Source: Mycobacterium sp.
Lineage (GTDB): Bacteria; Actinomycetota; Actinomycetes; Mycobacteriales; Mycobacteriaceae
Direction of reading: 5' to 3'
Assembly: GCA_025965895.1 (NCBI GenBank)
Contig: JAOPWC010000127.1
Location: forward strand, 16,037-80,036
Length of the DNA stretch: 64,000 nucleotides
Shown here: positions 57,936 to 64,000 of the stretch, piece after piece
Layout: each line of letters begins with the position of its first letter
Position numbering within the stretch: the first letter of the stretch is position 1
Notes under the pieces: model-generated
The model's database searches: none
Told to the model about the DNA's origin: nothing
Seen by the model: the letters and a program-made list of their open reading frames with translations, nothing else
Program-made: the position numbers and the translations under genes

Positions 57936-59717
57936 GTGGCATCGTCTTCGCCGCCGGTGCACCCTGCCCGCTATCTGACTCTTTTCCTGGTACTGCTCGT
58001 CGGCGTGTACCTGCTGGTGTTCCTCACCGGGAACAAGCAGGCCAAGCCAAAGCTGGGCATCGACCTCCAGGGCGGGACGCGCGTGACGCTCACCGCTCGT
58101 ACGCCCGACGGCTCGGCGCCCACCCGCGAAGCGCTGGCCCAGGCACAGCAGATCATCAGCGCGCGCGTCAACGGGCTCGGTGTATCCGGATCAGAGGTCG
58201 TCGTCGACGGCGAAAACCTCATCATCACCGTGCCGGGCAGCGACGGGAACGAGGCGCGAAACCTCGGTCAGACGGCACGCCTCTACATCCGCCCGGTGAT
58301 CCACGCGATACCGGCACAGTCACCACAACCGGCCCCGCCTGCCGGGCAACCCCCTGCCGGGCAACCCCCTGCCGGGCAACCCCCCGCTGGTCAGGGGCAG
58401 CCGCCCGCGGCGCCCGCCCCCGCCGGGCAACCCGTTCCCACCGGCGAACCTGCGCCGACAACCGAGCCGGCGCCCCCGGCCGCCCAGCCGCGCCCGTATC
58501 CGCAGCAGCCTGCGCCGACCCCGGAGCCGACCACTCCACCCGCGCCCGGCGCGCCGCCGGCCACACCCGCTCCGGCGCCCGCGCCTGCGCCGGCTCCCGG
58601 CACCCGCGAGGCGCTCGCGCAGCGGATCTCCGCGGAGAAGGAGTTGCGTCAAAGCACCGACCAGACCATGCAGATTCTCGCGCTGCAGTACGAGAGCACC
58701 CGCTGCAACCAGGACGACCTGCTGGCGGGCAACGACGACCCGAACCTGCCCCTGGTCACCTGCTCGACAGACCACAAGCAGGTGTACCTGCTGGACAAAT
58801 CGATCATCAGCGGTGAGGAGATCGACAGCGCCAGTTCGGGTTTCAACCAACAGACCGCCCAGAACGTGGTGGATGTCAAGTTCAAGGGCGCCGCGGGCGC
58901 GACCTGGGCTGACTTCACTGCTTCGCACGTGGGCACCCAGACCGCCTTCGTACTCGACTCGCAGGTGGTCAGCGCGCCGGAGATCCAGGAGGCCATCCCG
59001 GGCGGCCGCACGCAGATCACCGGAAACTTCACCTCAGCGCAGGCCCGCGATCTGGCCAACGTGCTGAAGTACGGCTCGCTGCCACTGTCGTTCGAGTCGT
59101 CGCAGGCCGAAACCGTCTCAGCGACTCTGGGACTCACTTCACTGCGGGCGGGCCTGATCGCCGGCGCGATCGGCCTGGCGCTGGTCCTGGCTTATGCGCT
59201 GATCTATTACCGACTGCTGGGCCTGCTGACCGCCCTGTCCCTCGTCGCCTCCGGCGCAATGGTCTTCGCGATCCTGGTGCTGTTGGGCCGCTACATCAAC
59301 TACACACTCGACCTCGCCGGCATCGCAGGTCTGATCATCGGCATCGGAACCACCGCAGACTCGTTCGTGGTGTTCTTTGAACGCATCAAAGACGAGATAC
59401 GCGAGGGCCGTTCATTCCGGTCCGCCGTACCGCGCGGATGGGTACGGGCGCGGAAGACGATTCTGTCGGGCAACGCGGTCAGCTTCCTGGCCGCTGCTGT
59501 GCTGTACTTCCTGGCCATCGGCCAGGTGAAGGGCTTCGCGTTCACACTGGGCCTGACCACGATCCTCGACACGGTGGTGGTGTTCCTGGTGACCTGGCCG
59601 CTGGTGTACTTGGCGTCCAAGTCGACACTGCTGGCCAAACCGGCGTTCAACGGGCTGGGCGCGGTCCAGCAGATCGCGCGGGAACGGCGGGCCGCACATG
59701 CGATCGGGCAGGGGTAG
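57936..59717 (+). CDS. secD: Protein translocase subunit SecD (with mycobacterial Pro/Ala-rich insert)
   Basis: 593 aa. [14 protein letters not shown]-terminal 6-TM SecDF domain. Confidence 0.95.
   Translation: MASSSPPVHPARYLTLFLVLLVGVYLLVFLTGNKQAKPKLGIDLQGGTRVTLTARTPDGSAPTREALAQAQQIISARVNGLGVSGSEVVVDGENLIITVPGSDGNEARNLGQTARLYIRPVIHAIPAQSPQPAPPAGQPPAGQPPAGQPPAGQGQPPAAPAPAGQPVPTGEPAPTTEPAPPAAQPRPYPQQPAPTPEPTTPPAPGAPPATPAPAPAPAPAPGTREALAQRISAEKELRQSTDQTMQILALQYESTRCNQDDLLAGNDDPNLPLVTCSTDHKQVYLLDKSIISGEEIDSASSGFNQQTAQNVVDVKFKGAAGATWADFTASHVGTQTAFVLDSQVVSAPEIQEAIPGGRTQITGNFTSAQARDLANVLKYGSLPLSFESSQAETVSATLGLTSLRAGLIAGAIGLALVLAYALIYYRLLGLLTALSLVASGAMVFAILVLLGRYINYTLDLAGIAGLIIGIGTTADSFVVFFERIKDEIREGRSFRSAVPRGWVRARKTILSGNAVSFLAAAVLYFLAIGQVKGFAFTLGLTTILDTVVVFLVTWPLVYLASKSTLLAKPAFNGLGAVQQIARERRAAHAIGQG
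58338..58397 (+). repeat. 15-bp tandem repeat (CCTGCCGGGCAACCC x3 plus one degenerate copy) encoding (PAGQP)n in SecD
   Basis: Read directly. Three perfect copies at 58338-58382, fourth copy diverged. Confidence 0.85.
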
Positions 59718-59721
59718 GGCA

Positions 59722-61020
59722 ATGGCTTCGTCAGGGGCTTCAGGGGCTTCAGGAAAGATGTCCGAAACCACCGGCAGGCACTCGCACGACGTAGCGGCCA
59801 CCGCCGGGACGCCACAATCCTCGGCAGCGGAAGAGACCGGCGACTCGTCGGCGCTCCCGCGCCACGGGTTCTTCACCCGGCTCTACACGGGAACCGGGGC
59901 GTTCGACGTCATCGGGCGGCGGCGACTCTGGTTCACCGTCAGCGGAATCATCATCGTGATCGCGATCGCCAGCATCGCGATCCGTGGGTTCACGTTCGGC
60001 ATCGACTTCAAGGGCGGCACAACGGTGTCGTTCCCCCGCGGCAGCGCCAGCGTCCAGCAAGTCGACGACGTGTACCGCCAGGCGCTCGGCCACGATCCCG
60101 AGTCGGTGGTGATGGTCGGCAACGGAAACTCCGCCACCGTGCAGCTCCGGTCCGTGACGCTGTCGAACGACCAGACCGCCAAGCTGCGCGACGCGCTGTT
60201 CAGGGAATTCCAGCCCAGGGGCCCGGACGGCAAACCGAGCGCGCAGGCGATCAGCGACTCGGCGGTGTCGTCGACGTGGGGCGGCCAGATCACCAAGAAG
60301 GCCGTGACCGCGCTGGTGGTGTTCCTCGTCCTCGTCGGGCTCTACATCATGGTGCGCTACGAGCGGTACATGGCCATCTCAGCGCTGGCCGCGCTGGTGT
60401 TCGACCTGCTCACGACCGCCGGGGTGTATTCGCTGGTCGGCTTCGAGGTGAGCCCTGCCACCGTCATCGGTCTGCTGACCATCCTCGGGTTCTCGCTGTA
60501 CGACACGGTGATCGTGTTCGACAAGGTGGAGGAGAACACCCACGGGTTCCAGCACACCGCCCGGCGCACCTTCGCCGAACAGGCGAATCTCGCGATCAAC
60601 CAGACGTTCATGCGGTCGATCAACACCAGCCTCATCTCGGTGATCCCGGTTATATCGCTGATGATCGTCGCGGTGTGGCTGCTCGGCGTCGGCACACTGA
60701 AGGACCTGGCACTGGTGATGCTGGTCGGCATCTTGACCGGCACCTATTCCTCGATCTTCTTCGCCACGCCGCTGCTGGTGACGCTGCGCGAGCGCACCGA
60801 CATGGTCCGCACCCACACCCGACGGGTGATGCGACGCCGCAAACCCGCTGACGCCGCCGCGGCGGCGGACGACGACATCGTGGCCGCCGACGAAGAAGAC
60901 CACCGCGCGGAGCCGGTCGCCGCGCTTGCCGGCAAGCCCGCGCCGGGCGCACGTCCGGTCCGGCCGTCGAGCAGCCGCGCGGGACGACCGTCGGGCAAGC
61001 GAAGCACCCGGCGGCGCTAG
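59722..61020 (+). CDS. secF: Protein translocase subunit SecF
   Basis: FGIDFKGGT and a 6-TM domain. Basic/Ala-rich tail. Alternative ATG at 59758. Confidence 0.93.
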   Translation: MASSGASGASGKMSETTGRHSHDVAATAGTPQSSAAEETGDSSALPRHGFFTRLYTGTGAFDVIGRRRLWFTVSGIIIVIAIASIAIRGFTFGIDFKGGTTVSFPRGSASVQQVDDVYRQALGHDPESVVMVGNGNSATVQLRSVTLSNDQTAKLRDALFREFQPRGPDGKPSAQAISDSAVSSTWGGQITKKAVTALVVFLVLVGLYIMVRYERYMAISALAALVFDLLTTAGVYSLVGFEVSPATVIGLLTILGFSLYDTVIVFDKVEENTHGFQHTARRTFAEQANLAINQTFMRSINTSLISVIPVISLMIVAVWLLGVGTLKDLALVMLVGILTGTYSSIFFATPLLVTLRERTDMVRTHTRRVMRRRKPADAAAAADDDIVAADEEDHRAEPVAALAGKPAPGARPVRPSSSRAGRPSGKRSTRRR

Positions 61021-61024
61021 GTCG

Positions 61025-62674
61025 ATGTTCCTTCGGCGCCGGCCCGCAGTCGTTTTCGCGGCAGCCGCGGCACTGCTGGTCGCGCCGTTGGGGGCGACGT
61101 CGTGTTCCGGCAGCGCAGCTGATGAGATCAACTACGCGGTCGACGGGACGCTGACCACCTACAACGCCAACACGGTCGCAGGCGCGGCGTCGTCGGCACC
61201 ACAGGCGTTCGGCCGGGTGCTCACTGGGTTCGGCTATCACGGCCCGGACGGTCAGATCGTCGGTGATCACGATTTCGGCACCGTCTCGGTGGTCGGTCGC
61301 GAACCCCTGCTGCTCGATTACCAGATCGCCGACAACGCCGTCTACTCCGACGGCAAGCCCATCACCTGTGACGACATGGTGCTGGCCTGGGCCGCGCAAT
61401 CCGGGCGTCTGCCCGGCTTCGACGCCGCCAGCCGCGCCGGCTACAGCGACATCGCCGCGGTCGACTGCCAGCCGGGACAGAAGACGGCCCGCGCGACATT
61501 CTCCCCGGACCGGCCGTTCGCCGATTTCGCGCAGCTGTTCACTGCCGATTCGATGATGCCGTCCCACGTCATCGGCGACGAGCTCGGCGTCGACGTCACG
61601 GGCGCATTGCAGAACAACGACGCGGCGACGGTGGCGCGCATCGCCCAGCTCTGGAACACCACATGGGACCTCAAGCCGGGCGTCGATGTGAAGCACTTCC
61701 CGTCATCCGGGCCGTACAAGCTCGACTCGGTGCGCTCCGACGGCTCGGTGCTGCTGGTCGCCAACGACCGCTGGTGGGGGGCCAAGCCGGTGACCAAGCG
61801 GGTCACCGTGTGGCCGCGGGGGGTCGACATACAAGACCGGGTCAGCAAAGGAGCTTTCCACGTCGTCGACATCGCGGCCGGGTCGTCGGGAACGTTGAAC
61901 CTGCCCGACAGCTACCAGCGCAGCGATGCGCCCTCGGCGGGCATCGAGCAGCTGATCTTCTCGGGACAGGGCCCGTTGGCAGCGCCCCCGGCACGCCACG
62001 CGCTGGCGCTGTGCACGCCCCGCGACCTGATTGCCACCAGTGCGGGCGTGCCGATCTCGAACTCGCGGCTCAATCCCGCCAACGACGACGCGTTCGGGGC
62101 CGCCGAGAGCGCCGCCGAAAGTGGCCAGTTCAGCAAGTCCAACCCCGACGCCGCCCGCGCCGCACTCAACGGCAAGCCGCTTGCCGTGCGGATCGGTTAC
62201 CAGGCGCCGAACGCGCGTCTGGCGGCGGCGGTCGGCACCATCGCACGGGCCTGCGTAGCCGCCGGGATCACCGTGCAGGACGTCTCCGGCGAGACCACCG
62301 GGCCGCGATCGCTGATCGGTGGCCAGATCGACGCGCTGCTGGCCGGCACCGGCGGCGCGGCAGGCAGCGGGTCCAGCGGGTCGTCGGCGATCGACGCCTA
62401 TGACCTGCATACCGGTAACGGCAACAACCTGTCCGGCTACTCCAGCCCGCAGGTCGACAACGTGATCAACACCCTGGCCATCACGAGTGACCTGAAACAG
62501 TTCGGCAAGCTGCTGTCCGACGGCGCCGCGGTGCTGTGGGCCGACATGCCGACATTGCCGCTGTACCGCCAGCAGCGGACGCTGGTCACATCGAAGAAGA
62601 TCTATGCCGTGAGCGCCAACCCGACCCGCTGGGGGGCCGGGTGGAACATGGACAGATGGGTGCTGAGCCAGTGA
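61025..62674 (+). CDS. Lipoprotein, ABC-transporter family-5 substrate-binding protein (Rv2585c-like)
   Basis: Lipobox LGATSC after a signal peptide. Conserved position between secF and apt. Confidence 0.85.
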   Translation: MFLRRRPAVVFAAAAALLVAPLGATSCSGSAADEINYAVDGTLTTYNANTVAGAASSAPQAFGRVLTGFGYHGPDGQIVGDHDFGTVSVVGREPLLLDYQIADNAVYSDGKPITCDDMVLAWAAQSGRLPGFDAASRAGYSDIAAVDCQPGQKTARATFSPDRPFADFAQLFTADSMMPSHVIGDELGVDVTGALQNNDAATVARIAQLWNTTWDLKPGVDVKHFPSSGPYKLDSVRSDGSVLLVANDRWWGAKPVTKRVTVWPRGVDIQDRVSKGAFHVVDIAAGSSGTLNLPDSYQRSDAPSAGIEQLIFSGQGPLAAPPARHALALCTPRDLIATSAGVPISNSRLNPANDDAFGAAESAAESGQFSKSNPDAARAALNGKPLAVRIGYQAPNARLAAAVGTIARACVAAGITVQDVSGETTGPRSLIGGQIDALLAGTGGAAGSGSSGSSAIDAYDLHTGNGNNLSGYSSPQVDNVINTLAITSDLKQFGKLLSDGAAVLWADMPTLPLYRQQRTLVTSKKIYAVSANPTRWGAGWNMDRWVLSQ

Positions 62675-63198
62675 CGCGTGACGTCGCCGACGTGATCGCG
62701 TCGCTGACCCGCGAAGTACCGGATTTTCCGTCACCGGGCATCCAGTTCAAGGATCTGACGCCGCTGCTCGCCGACCCGGACGGGTTGGCTGCGGTGACCG
62801 GCGCGCTGGCTGAGATCGCGTCGGGCGCCGAACTGGTGGCCGGCATCGACGCCCGAGGTTTCCTGCTCGGCGCTGCGGTCGCCATCCGGTTGGGCACCGG
62901 CGTGCTGGCCGTCCGCAAGGGGGGCAAACTGCCGCCGCCGGTCCGCAGCGAGACCTACACCCTCGAGTACGGCACCGCGACGCTGGAAATTCCGGCCGAG
63001 GGTATCGACCTGGCCGGCCGCAACGTCGTGATCATCGACGACGTGCTCGCGACGGGCGGAACGTTGGCGGCCACCGCACGGCTGTTGGACGACGCCGGGG
63101 CGGCGGTCAGCGGGGCGGCCGTGGTCCTGGAACTCGCCGCGCTGCGCGGCCGCGAAGCGGTGGCTCCGCTGCCGGTCAGCAGCTTGCTCACAGTGTGA
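62671..63198 (+). CDS. apt: Adenine phosphoribosyltransferase
   Basis: GTGA overlap. [19 protein letters not shown] motif [14 protein letters not shown]. Confidence 0.93.
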   Translation: MTRDVADVIASLTREVPDFPSPGIQFKDLTPLLADPDGLAAVTGALAEIASGAELVAGIDARGFLLGAAVAIRLGTGVLAVRKGGKLPPPVRSETYTLEYGTATLEIPAEGIDLAGRNVVIIDDVLATGGTLAATARLLDDAGAAVSGAAVVLELAALRGREAVAPLPVSSLLTV

Positions 63199-63235
63199 GG
63201 GATATCCTCGTTGTGGGCGTTGAGGAGGTGTGGCG

Positions 63236-64000
63236 ATGGCTGACGACCCCGGCTTGACGCAGGCTGTGAAAGCGCCTCCGACACCGGAGATGCCGTCGCC
63301 CGAGGTACCCAAGCCGGCGTCGAGCGCATCGCGGCGGGTGCGGGCACGGCTGGCGCGCCGGATGACCGCGCAGCGCAGCGCCGTCAATCCGGTGCTCGAG
63401 CCGCTGGTCGCGGTGCACCGCGAGATCTACCCCAAGGCCGACTTGACGATGCTGCAGCGCGCCTACGAGGTCGCCGACCAGCGCCACGCCGAGCAGTTCC
63501 GTCGCTCCGGGGATCCGTACATCACTCACCCGCTGGCGGTCGCCAACATCCTGGCCGAGCTCGGCATGGACACCACGACGCTGGTCGCGGCGCTGCTGCA
63601 TGACACCGTGGAGGACACCGGCTACACGCTGAATTCGCTGACCGGCGACTTCGGCGACGAGGTCGGGCATCTGGTCGACGGCGTGACCAAGCTCGACAAG
63701 GTGGTGCTGGGCAGTGCCGCCGAGGGCGAGACCATCCGCAAGATGATCATCGCCATGGCTCGCGACCCGCGGGTGCTGGTGATCAAGGTCGCCGACCGGC
63801 TGCACAACATGCGCACGATGCGGTTCCTGCCGCCGGAGAAGCAGGCCCGCAAGGCCCGCGAGACGTTGGAAGTGATTGCGCCGCTTGCTCACCGGCTGGG
63901 CATGGCCACCGTCAAGTGGGAGCTCGAGGACCTGTCCTTTGCGATCCTGCACCCGAAGAAGTACGAGGAGATCGTGCGGCTGGTGGCCGACCGGGCGCCG
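63236..64000 (+). CDS. relA: GTP pyrophosphokinase / (p)ppGpp synthetase-hydrolase, 3' partial
   Basis: ATG after GAGGAGG. HD domain [21 protein letters not shown]...LLHDTVEDT...ADRLHNMRT. The frame is open to the window end, so it is absent from the ORF track. Confidence 0.95.
   Translation, partial: MADDPGLTQAVKAPPTPEMPSPEVPKPASSASRRVRARLARRMTAQRSAVNPVLEPLVAVHREIYPKADLTMLQRAYEVADQRHAEQFRRSGDPYITHPLAVANILAELGMDTTTLVAALLHDTVEDTGYTLNSLTGDFGDEVGHLVDGVTKLDKVVLGSAAEGETIRKMIIAMARDPRVLVIKVADRLHNMRTMRFLPPEKQARKARETLEVIAPLAHRLGMATVKWELEDLSFAILHPKKYEEIVRLVADRAP

Overview
High-GC (roughly 68-70% by eye) actinobacterial chromosome, almost certainly a Mycobacterium or close relative. No searches were run; every call comes from motifs read in the supplied translations and the DNA.

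The right part (about 36.8-64 kb) is conserved housekeeping core. It is collinear, in inverted orientation, with the M. tuberculosis Rv2614c-Rv2583c block: thrS, HIT, pgsA1, patA, pimA, NUDIX, pdxS, tesB2, pdxT, yebC, ruvCAB, then gabT, yajC, secD, secF, an SBP lipoprotein, apt and relA (3' partial). Many genes are coupled by ATGA/GTGA overlaps.

The left 36 kb is accessory or regulatory and contains:
- an RpfB-like protein (5' partial) and an amidase;
- a SigH-paralogue ECF sigma operon with a zinc-ribbon/YVTN beta-propeller partner;
- stand-alone response regulators;
- a FUSC exporter;
- a GntR/bicupin pair;
- a small secreted Gly/Trp/His-rich peptide;
- a sulfite-oxidase-like Mo enzyme;
- OhrR plus DUF5313;
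- a 1293-aa histidine kinase with four tandem GAF repeats, lying 14 bp downstream of a carboxylic acid reductase;
- a nasA-orf-nirBD-narK nitrate assimilation cluster;
- a patatin and a GAF-ANTAR regulator.

No rRNA, tRNA, IS element, prophage or CRISPR array was recognised. Several short gene remnants suggest local gene decay.

The candidates I consider most worth follow-up are:
- the sigma / zinc-ribbon-propeller / mini-peptide module (2.6-5.4 kb);
- the CAR plus multi-GAF kinase pair (16.7-24.2 kb);
- the GW/H-rich secreted peptide (14.2 kb);
- two unannotated mini-TM ORFs flanking the amidase;
- the unexplained elements inside the nitrate cluster (a coupled 117-aa ORF and a 19-bp tandem repeat before nirB).
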